From the sequence record PX441839.1: a DNA stretch of 64,000 nt. One strand, given 5' to 3'. The stretch's first letter is position 1. Each line of letters begins with the position of its first letter. Below are positions 1 through 7,983 of this stretch, piece by piece. The DNA comes from a phage. A model generated the notes under the pieces. That model ran no database searches and had not been told where the DNA came from. It was given only the letters and a program-made list of their open reading frames with translations. Made by a program: the position numbers and the translations under genes.

Positions 1-1
1 T

Positions 2-178
2 GTAAACCTGGCGGCAACTGCTACCCTTCCGGCTTATCGTACCCGTGAAGAAGCTCGCGCCGTTGCCAGTAAACTCCGCGCCGCTGGAGTTACCCCAACA
101 ACGCCAGCTAAAACAGTAGAAGGGTGGCGAGTAATGGCTAAACATTCCGGCGGTACGCTCTCAATCAATCGCCATTAA
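2..178 (+). CDS. 3' end of a hypothetical protein truncated by the window start
   Basis: Open frame runs from the window edge to TAA at 176-178. Confidence 0.3.
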   Translation, partial: VNLAATATLPAYRTREEARAVASKLRAAGVTPTTPAKTVEGWRVMAKHSGGTLSINRH

Positions 179-202
179 TACACCTTAGGCCCCAGGCGGG
201 GC

Positions 203-316
203 CTGTTATGTTATCCTGTCCGGCGATCCTTACTTGCTATCCGGTTCAAGTCCGGTTGATTTTCCAGGCGGGGCGGTATGTGAGCGGGTTCAATCCCCGC
301 CAGGATAACATAACAG
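203..316 (+). ncRNA. tRNA-like structured element closed by a perfect 16-bp inverted repeat
   Basis: Arms ctgttatgttatcctg (203-218) and caggataacataacag (301-316) are exact reverse complements. Core has a canonical T-arm (gcggg-ttcaatc-cccgc, 284-300) and an anticodon-like hairpin (ccgg-ttcaagt-ccgg, 241-255). At 97 nt with no clean D-arm it is not a standard tRNA. Confidence 0.35.
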
Positions 317-337
317 AAAACAATCGAGGGTTTACCC

Positions 338-682
338 ATGACCAAACAGATCCACAGTGTACAGATCACGCCGCTTTTCCGTTGCCATATCTTTTATGAC
401 TGCAATGATCTTGCGGGACAATGGATCGGAGATACCGATGATCAATACGATTTTCCCGAATGGGACGAATTAAACAGGCGAGTAAGCAACGCCGCACATA
501 ATGCCGATCCTGATAACCTGGCAGACGTTTCACACTTTCCAGGCGGGGCCGCTTGCTTTCCCTATATCGAAATAACCGCGCCAACGTGGGCGCTATGTAA
601 ATCGATGGGGGACGCCGTGATCCGTTGCATCCTGGATAATGGCGGGATTGTTGAGCCAAAAGATAACGGAATAAATATTTAA
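338..682 (+). CDS. hypothetical early protein (114 aa)
   Basis: Six-frame ORF with a GAGGG RBS before the ATG; no recognisable motif. Confidence 0.4.
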   Translation: MTKQIHSVQITPLFRCHIFYDCNDLAGQWIGDTDDQYDFPEWDELNRRVSNAAHNADPDNLADVSHFPGGAACFPYIEITAPTWALCKSMGDAVIRCILDNGGIVEPKDNGINI

Positions 683-701
683 ATTATTTTCGTTTTAGGT
701 G

Positions 702-730
702 TTGACACCGAGACCGAATAAAAGCATAAT
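702..730 (+). promoter_or_regulatory. sigma70-type early promoter (class I, followed by leader hairpin)
   Basis: TTGACA, 17-bp spacer, CATAAT; the conserved leader cacatagggcgacacaacgtcgccc begins about 5 nt downstream. Confidence 0.6.
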
Positions 731-740
731 GCATCACATA

Positions 741-759
741 GGGCGACACAACGTCGCCC
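741..759 (+). promoter_or_regulatory. conserved 5' leader hairpin (GGGCGAC-acaac-GTCGCCC)
   Basis: 7-bp stem with 5-nt loop right after the -10; near-identical copies at 1118-1136 and 5267-5285, variants at 3515-3537, 7684-7710 and 8830-8860. Confidence 0.55.
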
Positions 760-782
760 ACTAACAAAGAGTGAGACAGTAA

Positions 783-1067
783 ATGATTACATTAAACCGC
801 GATGTTAACGAACAAGTTAAAAACTTTATCCGTCGCCCCCAGGAGTCAGGATACCCGCTAATCCTTGTAATGAAAGATGGTGGTGTGTTGTGTCATGAAT
901 GTGCCAAAAAAGAATTTAAAATGATCATTGCCGATACGCGAGAAGGTTGGAATACAGAATGGACAGCACTTGGAACAGAATTATTTTTAGAGGGTCCTGT
1001 TATTGAGTGTTCTCATTGCTACAAGGATATAGAGAGCGCATACGGCGATCCGAATTCAGAAGAATAA
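783..1067 (+). CDS. small early protein, Cys4 zinc-ribbon-like (94 aa)
   Basis: ORF with promoter, leader hairpin and RBS upstream; Cys pairs C-H-E-C and C-S-H-C. Confidence 0.55.
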   Translation: MITLNRDVNEQVKNFIRRPQESGYPLILVMKDGGVLCHECAKKEFKMIIADTREGWNTEWTALGTELFLEGPVIECSHCYKDIESAYGDPNSEE

Positions 1068-1079
1068 TAAAATAAAGTA

Positions 1080-1108
1080 TTGACAACATAAACAACTTGA
1101 ACGATAAT
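1080..1108 (+). promoter_or_regulatory. sigma70-type early promoter (class I)
   Basis: TTGACA, 17 bp, GATAAT, followed by the conserved leader hairpin at 1118-1136. Confidence 0.55.
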
Positions 1109-1162
1109 GTAACACATAGGGCGACACAACGTCGCCCACTAACAAACTAGTAAGGGTATACA

Positions 1163-1396
1163 ATGAATCTTAATGTTATTGGCGCAAATCAAACGGTTGT
1201 TACTTTTTCAGACAATACTCAATTATTCTATTCTTATAATACCCCAGTGGCTGCTTTTATCCCTGGCGAAGGATACATAGTGACCGCAACAAAGTATAGT
1301 CGTACCACGACACGACACATTAACAACTTTACAGGGGGTTTAGTTGATCGTGTTGAGTCCCAAACATTTTTTGATAATTTAGTAAAAACCGCTTGA
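1163..1396 (+). CDS. hypothetical early protein (77 aa)
   Basis: ORF with own promoter and AGGG RBS. Confidence 0.5.
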   Translation: MNLNVIGANQTVVTFSDNTQLFYSYNTPVAAFIPGEGYIVTATKYSRTTTRHINNFTGGLVDRVESQTFFDNLVKTA

Positions 1397-1430
1397 CGTT
1401 GGTTTATGCCTGGTACATAATACTAGGCAT
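1393..1430 (+). promoter_or_regulatory. sigma70-type early promoter (class II, -10 inside a covarying palindrome)
   Basis: TTGACG, 17 bp, CATAAT; inverted repeat atgcctggta / tactaggcat flanks the -10. Confidence 0.6.
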
Positions 1431-1468
1431 AGGCAAACGAAAGCAGACAACCAAACGAGGGTTACAAA

Positions 1469-1828
1469 ATGACTAACATGATCGCACTGACTGAAAAACG
1501 TAATGCACTGGAAAACATCCTGGCAAAAATCAAAGAGAAGCAAGCAGAAATCGACTCTTTTGAGTACGAGTCCAGCACGTCAGAATATGATGATTATTTG
1601 GACAGTGAAGGGGAAATCACCGTTGCGGGAATGACATTCTGGCCGTCAGATATCCTTAAGAATTGTGATCCTACTGCATACCGTTGCGGGAAAGTGGACT
1701 ATGATTCAAGTAAGGACCTGGATGACGTGGAAGAATACCAGGCGTTACAGGAAGAACTGGAAGAACTGGAAAACGAACGTGACGATCTGGAAAGTGAGAT
1801 CGAAGAACTGGAAGAAGGCGAAGAATAA
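1469..1828 (+). CDS. highly acidic small early protein (119 aa)
   Basis: ORF with class II promoter; C-terminal third is almost entirely Glu/Asp/Leu (EELEELENERDDLESEIEELEEGEE). Confidence 0.55.
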   Translation: MTNMIALTEKRNALENILAKIKEKQAEIDSFEYESSTSEYDDYLDSEGEITVAGMTFWPSDILKNCDPTAYRCGKVDYDSSKDLDDVEEYQALQEELEELENERDDLESEIEELEEGEE

Positions 1829-1833
1829 AAGTA

Positions 1834-1862
1834 TTGACAGGGGCGGTAAAACGCCCCATAAT
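1834..1862 (+). promoter_or_regulatory. sigma70-type early promoter (class III, GGGGCGG/CCGCCCC hairpin in spacer)
   Basis: TTGACA, spacer ggggcggtaaaacgccc, CATAAT; identical copy at 4097-4125. Confidence 0.6.
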
Positions 1863-1892
1863 GACAGGACCAAAACAAAGAGAGTAAAGAAG

Positions 1893-2102
1893 ATGATTAA
1901 CGAAAAACAAATCAATGATATCCGTGACGAAGCCTATCAAGTTGCGATCCGTGACGGTTCCCGCGCCGCCTTTATCTTTGTTACGGATCTTTATCCAGAA
2001 CAGGCAGAAAATATATTGATGCAAGTTTCTGTTTTACTGGAAGCAACAAAGCGCACAAAGTTAAGCAACGGGATCGATAAGTTGGCAAAAACTTTAAAAT
2101 AA
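1893..2102 (+). CDS. hypothetical early protein (69 aa)
   Basis: First ATG downstream of the class III promoter, in frame with listed ORF 1665..2102. Confidence 0.45.
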   Translation: MINEKQINDIRDEAYQVAIRDGSRAAFIFVTDLYPEQAENILMQVSVLLEATKRTKLSNGIDKLAKTLK

Positions 2103-2104
2103 TT

Positions 2105-2143
2105 GTTGACTTTGATTTATGCCGCTGTATAATGGGCGGCATA
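2105..2143 (+). promoter_or_regulatory. sigma70-type early promoter (class II)
   Basis: TTGACT, 17 bp, TATAAT; palindrome atgccgc / gcggcat flanks the -10. Confidence 0.55.
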
Positions 2144-2185
2144 GGTAAGAGAAACAAACACAAACCAAGTAAACAAGGGTGTATC

Positions 2186-2674
2186 ATGAAAATTGAAAAA
2201 TTCAAATCACTGTCTAACTATTCTTCCGACTTGATTGACGGCGTGATCCAAGCTTTTGGGAGTGAAGAATATTTCCTGGAGAGTTTTAGAGATGTTGCTC
2301 GATACGGCGGCGACAAAGGGATCGGTTTCATTTACTACACGGAAACGGACCAATTCTGGAAAGATTTAGGCCCACAAATTAAAGAGATGGTAGAAATAGA
2401 CGCCGAATCTTTCACCGGATCAAATGACTATTACACCGTGTGCGAAATGCTGGCAGGGTTCAAAATCTCAAAACAAAATGATCTTTGTGTTGACAAGTGG
2501 TTAGAGTTCCTATATGGTATCAGCCAGGACGAAGAAAATAGTTTAGATGCCCTTTGTGATGAGTGGGATCAAAATATGGCCCGTTGGGTGCTGGGGGTGT
2601 ATGCCGTTGAACGTGTATCCCAAGATCTGGAAAGTTTAATTGATAACGGGGATATTGACGAGGAAGATGTTTAA
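2186..2674 (+). CDS. hypothetical early protein (162 aa)
   Basis: ATG at 2186 downstream of promoter; the listed start at 2132 lies inside the -10 element. Confidence 0.5.
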   Translation: MKIEKFKSLSNYSSDLIDGVIQAFGSEEYFLESFRDVARYGGDKGIGFIYYTETDQFWKDLGPQIKEMVEIDAESFTGSNDYYTVCEMLAGFKISKQNDLCVDKWLEFLYGISQDEENSLDALCDEWDQNMARWVLGVYAVERVSQDLESLIDNGDIDEEDV

Positions 2675-2985
2675 TGCTAACGTGGATCGTGTTGGCTTTA
2701 TGCGGGGTGGCGGCGATCTTTTGTGTCGCCACACATAAAAAGTACCTTTACAAAAAGGCTGAAAAAGTGTTCGGATACTTTGAGTATGAATATGATGGGG
2801 AGGTTTCCACATCGCGGGACTATGGACCTATGCTTGAAATTGATATGGTGGGCGCTATGCGACACCGCCAGGAGTGTGGCGCACACATAACGTTTAGTCA
2901 TTTTGGAACAGAAGATGAGATTTTCGACATCATAGACAAACGAGAATATTTGCGCCAACAACAAAAAACACGCCGTAAGTTTTAA
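2674..2985 (+). CDS. hypothetical membrane-anchored early protein (103 aa)
   Basis: Start overlaps the upstream stop (TAATG); hydrophobic N-terminal segment. Confidence 0.45.
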   Translation: MLTWIVLALCGVAAIFCVATHKKYLYKKAEKVFGYFEYEYDGEVSTSRDYGPMLEIDMVGAMRHRQECGAHITFSHFGTEDEIFDIIDKREYLRQQQKTRRKF

Positions 2986-3007
2986 TTGAGTAGAGAGAGG
3001 GTTTAAG

Positions 3008-3148
3008 ATGATTGCAACTAATACTAACCGTGACAAAATCAGCCATAAGAACAAATTAAGCTATGGTGAAGCAAAGGAGCGGATCACAGTATCAAAGGCC
3101 AATAAGCAACAACGCCGCAAAACGCGCTATAGCTGGGACAGCTTATAA
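3008..3148 (+). CDS. small basic protein (46 aa), not in the ORF track
   Basis: ATG at 3008 after GAGAGGG RBS; Arg/Lys-rich C-terminus; terminator hairpin follows at 3188-3214. Confidence 0.3.
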   Translation: MIATNTNRDKISHKNKLSYGEAKERITVSKANKQQRRKTRYSWDSL

Positions 3149-3187
3149 AGAGGGGAGGATTGTACCCACACTGATTTAAAACCTTAC

Positions 3188-3214
3188 AGGGGCCTTTATA
3201 GGCCCCTTATTTTT
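3188..3214 (+). terminator. rho-independent terminator
   Basis: aggggcc-tttata-ggcccct followed by a T-run. Confidence 0.5.
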
Positions 3215-3230
3215 GATAAGAGGTATCAAC

Positions 3231-3458
3231 ATGCAGAACATTTTAGGTTTAACTGATTTTATCCGCGCCCTTAAGGGCCGATCGTTGGGTTTTTCTGCCG
3301 TCTATATGGTGCCGGAGGGTAAGACATACAGCCAAGCCGTTAATGGCCTTATAGCAACGGCGGCAAGGGAAAACGTGAAGATCTCCACAGGCCAGATCCT
3401 AGCAGTTGATCCCGCCACATTTGCCACCATAGCGGCGATCAAAGTTACCGTAAAATAA
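3231..3458 (+). CDS. hypothetical early protein (75 aa)
   Basis: ATG at 3231 after AAGAGG RBS. Confidence 0.45.
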   Translation: MQNILGLTDFIRALKGRSLGFSAVYMVPEGKTYSQAVNGLIATAARENVKISTGQILAVDPATFATIAAIKVTVK

Positions 3459-3481
3459 TTTAAAATATTTTGTTTTTGGGT

Positions 3482-3510
3482 GTTGACAGGGGAAAGGGAT
3501 TGCCCCATAA
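3482..3510 (+). promoter_or_regulatory. sigma70-type early promoter (class III + leader hairpin)
   Basis: TTGACA, 17 bp with gggg..cccc, CATAAT; degenerate leader hairpin at 3515-3537. Confidence 0.55.
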
Positions 3511-3574
3511 TACACCACATAGAGCGACACAACGTCGCAAATTAAAACCAACTAACTAAGAGTGAGACAGTAAA

Positions 3575-4093
3575 ATGGGAAGCCCAAACTTTAAAACTTC
3601 AAACGTAAGATTAAACCTTGCATCTTTCCCGTTCAATGATTACAATGATGATGAGGAGATTCAAGAGCAAAACTATGAAGACCACAGTTATTGGGTAGAA
3701 CAGCAATATGAAGCAATGAAAGCGGTTATCGATGAGATTCCTACCCCTGATTTTTGGGATATCCACATCGAAAGCGGCTATCATGAAGGATTCCAGGTAT
3801 ACATTGAAAGTAATTGCGGCGATGATTATCAGGATCAAGTGTTCCAAGATCTTTACCGTTACAATGAGGCTTGCTTGCCGTCAGGTTATCCTTTAAATAT
3901 GCAAGACTTACCTTACGCAAGAAAGGGATCTGTAAACATTACCCCTTTTAATTTGAAATATGCTATTGAAAACGAGTACAAGGCGATCCATAATAAGATT
4001 TTAGCAGCAGCAAAGGAGGCTGGGATCGGTGAAGTGTTCGGATCTTCCTGGTGCTCAAATGTAGGACCTATTGAAAGTAAACTGATTAAATAA
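3575..4093 (+). CDS. hypothetical early protein (172 aa)
   Basis: ORF with promoter and leader upstream; acidic N-terminal region. Confidence 0.55.
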   Translation: MGSPNFKTSNVRLNLASFPFNDYNDDEEIQEQNYEDHSYWVEQQYEAMKAVIDEIPTPDFWDIHIESGYHEGFQVYIESNCGDDYQDQVFQDLYRYNEACLPSGYPLNMQDLPYARKGSVNITPFNLKYAIENEYKAIHNKILAAAKEAGIGEVFGSSWCSNVGPIESKLIK

Positions 4094-4096
4094 ATG

Positions 4097-4125
4097 TTGA
4101 CAGGGGCGGTAAAACGCCCCATAAT
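4097..4125 (+). promoter_or_regulatory. sigma70-type early promoter (class III)
   Basis: Identical to the promoter at 1834-1862. Confidence 0.6.
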
Positions 4126-4156
4126 GACAAGACCAAAACAAAAAGAGAAAGAAACA

Positions 4157-4309
4157 ATGAAACACTATCTAGTTAATATACCTGGTGTTGCGGGACCGCT
4201 CAAAGTTTACGGGTACGACGAAAAGGACGCAAGAAAGCGCCTACGTGATCGGGAAGGGTACAGAAAACGCCTACCCAATGGCACAAAACTTTATTTAAAA
4301 ACAGCTTGA
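4157..4309 (+). CDS. small basic protein (50 aa)
   Basis: First ATG after the promoter; listed ORF 4094..4309 begins inside the promoter. Confidence 0.4.
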   Translation: MKHYLVNIPGVAGPLKVYGYDEKDARKRLRDREGYRKRLPNGTKLYLKTA

Positions 4310-4345
4310 CGTTAGGTTATGCCGCCCCTATAATGGACGGCATAG
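4306..4345 (+). promoter_or_regulatory. sigma70-type early promoter (class II)
   Basis: TTGACG, 17 bp, TATAAT; palindrome atgccgcc / ggacggcat around the -10. Confidence 0.55.
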
Positions 4346-4375
4346 GCAAACGAAAGAAAACTAAGGTGATTCATT

Positions 4376-4648
4376 ATGAAAAGTAAACTGTCAAGAGAAG
4401 AAATTAGTCAAGTGTTATCTTTCAACATGCAAGACTGGAAAGAAAACGCCGACATTTGCGAAGCTCAAGATCTTAACGAAGAATTAACAATTGACGAAAT
4501 AAGCATTGTGTGCTCACCTGATTTTTATGATGAGTTGCACGAAAAAGATGATCTTTTTAACGTCCTGGAGAATAATTTCATGGATACCGATTTATGTGTG
4601 TACAGTATCGATACTTTTATTCTTATCCATAACATATACAACAACTAA
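4376..4648 (+). CDS. hypothetical acidic early protein (90 aa)
   Basis: ORF with promoter and RBS. Confidence 0.5.
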   Translation: MKSKLSREEISQVLSFNMQDWKENADICEAQDLNEELTIDEISIVCSPDFYDELHEKDDLFNVLENNFMDTDLCVYSIDTFILIHNIYNN

Positions 4649-4664
4649 AGGAAAGGGCCGCATT

Positions 4665-4955
4665 ATGTTTGAAGTATTCGCCGGAATGTGTTTTTATGGT
4701 GCTATGGCATTGCGTCAATGTGAAGATTACACCGTTGAAGTGTATCATGATCCCTTATCTTGCGAGATCGTGGCGCAAGATTACCGACAGGATAAACGCT
4801 GGCTTAATCCTCAGTGTATCCCATCGCCGGAGGTTGAACCAATGCCAGAAGGTGAAGCCCTGGAAGGTGAGGAGATCCGCGCCGTTGTTAGCTATATGCT
4901 AGATAACTTAAACGCCGATCAGCTTGTTTCTATGTATGCAGAAACAGAAAAATAA
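4665..4955 (+). CDS. hypothetical early protein (96 aa)
   Basis: ATG at 4665 after AAAGGAAAGGG RBS, in frame with listed ORF 4506..4955. Confidence 0.45.
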   Translation: MFEVFAGMCFYGAMALRQCEDYTVEVYHDPLSCEIVAQDYRQDKRWLNPQCIPSPEVEPMPEGEALEGEEIRAVVSYMLDNLNADQLVSMYAETEK

Positions 4956-4958
4956 TTG

Positions 4959-4999
4959 TTGACGTTGGTTTATGCCGTCGCATATAATAGACGGCATAG
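4959..4999 (+). promoter_or_regulatory. sigma70-type early promoter (class II)
   Basis: TTGACG, 18 bp, TATAAT; palindrome atgccgtcg / cgacggcat around the -10. Confidence 0.55.
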
Positions 5000-5031
5000 G
5001 CAAACGAAACAAACCATAAAAGGGTTACAAA

Positions 5032-5223
5032 ATGAAATCATCTTTACTTTTTTGCACTGTAAACATCATCATTGGTAACGGTTGCGGATCTCATGAATTT
5101 ATTAAGGGCAAGCCTTACAGCCTTTCATCGCTGCAAGCTGATTTTCGTTTATTGCCAGGACAGATCCGCAAATACTTTCGCGCCCCGTATCCAAAAGGAT
5201 ATAAAACAAATTTAGCAAAATAA
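5032..5223 (+). CDS. hypothetical early protein (63 aa)
   Basis: ORF with promoter and RBS. Confidence 0.4.
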   Translation: MKSSLLFCTVNIIIGNGCGSHEFIKGKPYSLSSLQADFRLLPGQIRKYFRAPYPKGYKTNLAK

Positions 5224-5227
5224 AGTA

Positions 5228-5256
5228 TTGACAAGGGGCACAGATTACCCCATAAT
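5228..5256 (+). promoter_or_regulatory. sigma70-type early promoter (class III + leader hairpin)
   Basis: TTGACA, 17 bp with gggg..cccc, CATAAT; leader hairpin at 5267-5285. Confidence 0.55.
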
Positions 5257-5307
5257 GTAACACATAGGGCGACACAACGTCGCCCACTAACAAAAGAGAT
5301 AAACAAA

Positions 5308-5592
5308 ATGATCAAGGCAAACAACTTTTTCTTCCTGGCTAACGTAGCGGATCACATCGTGGCAGAATTTAGAAACGTGGATGCAACAGCATTTATAAAA
5401 ATGCGTCATGAAAAAGACGTTTCAACGGATCGCGTAGAAATGGAAGTTACCCGCCACGGCAAAGAGTTTAAAATCAAATATCTGATTATCGTAAATAATG
5501 CAACATTTAGCGAGGGAACCAGCGAACCGATCCCGGACAATATGATCCAGCAAGTGATCGCCGCCGTTGCTAACGGATCAATTTTACCTTAA
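5308..5592 (+). CDS. hypothetical early protein (94 aa)
   Basis: ORF with promoter and leader. Confidence 0.5.
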   Translation: MIKANNFFFLANVADHIVAEFRNVDATAFIKMRHEKDVSTDRVEMEVTRHGKEFKIKYLIIVNNATFSEGTSEPIPDNMIQQVIAAVANGSILP

Positions 5593-5599
5593 AAAGTTG

Positions 5600-5640
5600 T
5601 TGACGTTGGTTTATGTGGGGCGTATAATTCCCCACATAGA
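5600..5640 (+). promoter_or_regulatory. sigma70-type early promoter (class II)
   Basis: TTGACG, 17 bp, TATAAT; palindrome atgtggggcg / ccccacat around the -10. Confidence 0.55.
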
Positions 5641-5661
5641 CAAACGAAACGAGAGATTAAA

Positions 5662-5868
5662 ATGTACACCATGATCGCACTTGCAGTATACTTCCTTTCA
5701 TCTTGCATTTACATTATGTTGGCGCTTGCCTTCCCTGGTGAGTTGGTTTATAGTTTTATGGGCGTAGATCTTGTTTTATGGGCGGTCGCCACGCCACTGA
5801 TGATCGTTCCCGCCGTGATCATTTATTGGATTGAAGAAAAGATTACTGATTTGCTAAAAGGCTATTGA
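5662..5868 (+). CDS. small integral membrane protein (68 aa)
   Basis: ORF with two predicted hydrophobic helices. Confidence 0.45.
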   Translation: MYTMIALAVYFLSSCIYIMLALAFPGELVYSFMGVDLVLWAVATPLMIVPAVIIYWIEEKITDLLKGY

Positions 5869-5926
5869 CAAGGCAACCACAAACAAAGATAATAGCCTCA
5901 TTGAAAACAACTAGTAAGGATTTACG

Positions 5927-6079
5927 ATGTATAAGCTGTTAACCTGGGAACATGAGACAAGCCAACCGATTAGCCGTGACTTTTTCGATTTGTGCGCCGC
6001 TTACCGACTGGCAAAAGGCGGTTACTATAAAGCCCAAATCATTGATGAAAATAATGTTGTACTTTATGAGTTTAAATGA
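5927..6079 (+). CDS. small protein (50 aa), not in the ORF track
   Basis: ATG at 5927 after AAGGA RBS; followed by hairpin gcgccccgaaaggggcg at 6087-6103. Confidence 0.3.
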   Translation: MYKLLTWEHETSQPISRDFFDLCAAYRLAKGGYYKAQIIDENNVVLYEFK

Positions 6080-6133
6080 TTAACAAGCGCCCCGAAAGGG
6101 GCGATAATTACCACACAAAACAGGAGACAGTAA

Positions 6134-6376
6134 ATGAAAGTTCAAAATGTATTGATTTGTGAAGATTGCGCCTTGTACCTTAATACAGGTGAGCTTCCCG
6201 CTGATACCACACCAGAAGATGATCAGGACATCATCCACGGGGCGGAATATCTAGATATAACTTACAAATTTGGGAGTGTAGGCACTAGTTTAGGCTTTTC
6301 AATAAAACCGTGTGAATGTTGCGGATCTCGCCTGGCCGGAGATCGCTATGAATATGATAATCTTGGCTTAAAATAG
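6134..6376 (+). CDS. small zinc-ribbon protein (80 aa)
   Basis: CEDC ... CECCG Cys pairs; GGAGA RBS. Confidence 0.5.
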   Translation: MKVQNVLICEDCALYLNTGELPADTTPEDDQDIIHGAEYLDITYKFGSVGTSLGFSIKPCECCGSRLAGDRYEYDNLGLK

Positions 6377-6536
6377 TAGTTGACTACAACGAAAGAAAAG
6401 AATACTATGTATCACATGAAAGGCAAACAGCCTAAACCAACAAAGAGAGAAACAAAATGAGCGTAGTATTCTTAATTTCAGTTTTCGTAGCTATCGCCGC
6501 TTCAACCGCAATTTGTGTAAAATTAGGATGGTAAGA

Positions 6537-6932
6537 ATGGAAAGTGTAAAAGATACCCTGTTAAATGCTTTTTTGTCCGGCGCTACTGAGGCGTTATTGT
6601 TCGCAGAATCCGCAGAAGATGCAAACGGGGAGACAATCGAACATTTGAACGGTTACGAATTAAGCAATGCAAGCAAAGCACTGTTAAAACTGGAATCTGT
6701 TAAATTCTTAGATTTAGGAAACAACTTAATAGAAAAAGCTATTGACAGTAGCGGCGATTTATACGATTATACTCAAGCGGGGCGGGATTTTTGGTTTACT
6801 CGTCAAGGTCACGGCGTAGGATTCTGGGATCGGGGTCTTGGGGAAGTTGGGGACCAGCTAACAGAACTTTCAAAATGTTTCGGTGAGCGCTGGATCTCTT
6901 TGAATGAAAATAATTTTGTAGAGGTTGAATGA
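6537..6932 (+). CDS. hypothetical protein (about 131 aa; start uncertain)
   Basis: In frame with listed ORF 6513..6932; ATG at 6537 has an AGGA RBS. Confidence 0.45.
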   Translation: MESVKDTLLNAFLSGATEALLFAESAEDANGETIEHLNGYELSNASKALLKLESVKFLDLGNNLIEKAIDSSGDLYDYTQAGRDFWFTRQGHGVGFWDRGLGEVGDQLTELSKCFGERWISLNENNFVEVE

Positions 6933-7276
6933 TGGCTGAAAAATTCTCAATAACTCAAAAGACAATTTACACCATTAAAAGCAAACACGGCGTTATTGAG
7001 TGTGAAGGGATAGCAGGACTAGAAAAGCACGTAGAGGAAACATTAGGCGCTTTTGTTGACAACATGCACGGCAACCATACAGGACTAAGATCAAAAGATC
7101 GGATCAATGATTATGATTACCTGTTAGAGAATCGCCAGGACTTAGAAACAATTTTCGCCCTTATGGATGCCGTTAAGGATCTGAAAAATCCACCATCGCC
7201 GGATCACGATTGTGATGATTATTATTGTAACCGTTGCGGATCTGGATCGGCCATTGAATACGTAGGAAATAATTAA
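6929..7276 (+). CDS. hypothetical protein with C-terminal Cys cluster (115 aa)
   Basis: Start overlaps the upstream stop; CDDYYCNRCG motif. Confidence 0.5.
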   Translation: MMAEKFSITQKTIYTIKSKHGVIECEGIAGLEKHVEETLGAFVDNMHGNHTGLRSKDRINDYDYLLENRQDLETIFALMDAVKDLKNPPSPDHDCDDYYCNRCGSGSAIEYVGNN

Positions 7277-7278
7277 CA

Positions 7279-7500
7279 ATGCAAACTAAAAACCTGTTAG
7301 GAAAATCTGATTTTTTAAGAGCGCTCGCGCCTGGCGAATCGGCGGTATGGAACGTGCAAGGGAAAGATGTAGAAAAGGAAATGCGCCTGTTTACTGCTAC
7401 CGCTTGCCGCCTGGCAGTGACTATCACACAAAGGGCCGCTTTAATTGTTTTGGCTGATAACTTGCCCTTACATTGTGTAATCGTGACTAAGGTTAAGTGA
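7279..7500 (+). CDS. hypothetical protein (73 aa)
   Basis: Abuts the upstream gene. Confidence 0.45.
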   Translation: MQTKNLLGKSDFLRALAPGESAVWNVQGKDVEKEMRLFTATACRLAVTITQRAALIVLADNLPLHCVIVTKVK

Positions 7501-7511
7501 ATGACAATAAC

Positions 7512-7555
7512 AGGCCCAAATAGTGAACGTATGGCGCTATAAGGGCCTTTTTGGT
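7512..7555 (+). terminator. rho-independent terminator
   Basis: aggccc ... gggcct stem followed by ttttt. Confidence 0.45.
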
Positions 7556-7646
7556 AAGAGGTAAGGCAATCAGGCACTAAAGCCTAAAAATTCAATACAG
7601 ACCCTTACAGGGCCTCACATCAAAAATAAAAATCATCTTAAAAGTG

Positions 7647-7675
7647 TTGACTCTTAAATTACTTTTCGGTATCTT
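7647..7675 (+). promoter_or_regulatory. putative sigma70-type promoter with variant leader hairpin
   Basis: TTGACT, 17 bp, TATCTT; leader variant gggcggcaatggtgccaaggccc at 7684-7710. Confidence 0.4.
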
Positions 7676-7728
7676 TTACCACGTAGGGCGGCAATGGTGC
7701 CAAGGCCCACAACTTAGGAGCCAGTAAG

Positions 7729-7983
7729 ATGACAACTTTCAAACACGTAATTTCTGTAAATACTGCTATCCTTGGCGGCGTGGAACGTGATAAAGCTTTT
7801 TATTCAAAGTATATCGGTGATTCATGTTTTAACTACTGGGGCATGAAGATGTCAGAAGTTCGCCGGATACTGGGATTCGGTAATACTGGCCGTAAAGTTA
7901 TTTCGGGCGATATCGCCAGAACTTTAAACGTAGGCTATGACATCGCCAAGAAAATTCTTTCCGATGTAGAAAAATCACTCTAA
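7729..7983 (+). CDS. hypothetical protein (84 aa)
   Basis: ORF with RBS; hairpin ggccccgaaaggggcc follows at 7991-8006. Confidence 0.5.
   Translation: MTTFKHVISVNTAILGGVERDKAFYSKYIGDSCFNYWGMKMSEVRRILGFGNTGRKVISGDIARTLNVGYDIAKKILSDVEKSL

Noticed and set aside
208-399. Plus-strand ORF of 63 aa
   Set aside because: It runs through the 16-bp inverted repeat and T-arm of the tRNA-like element and has no RBS; the downstream ORF 338..682 has one.
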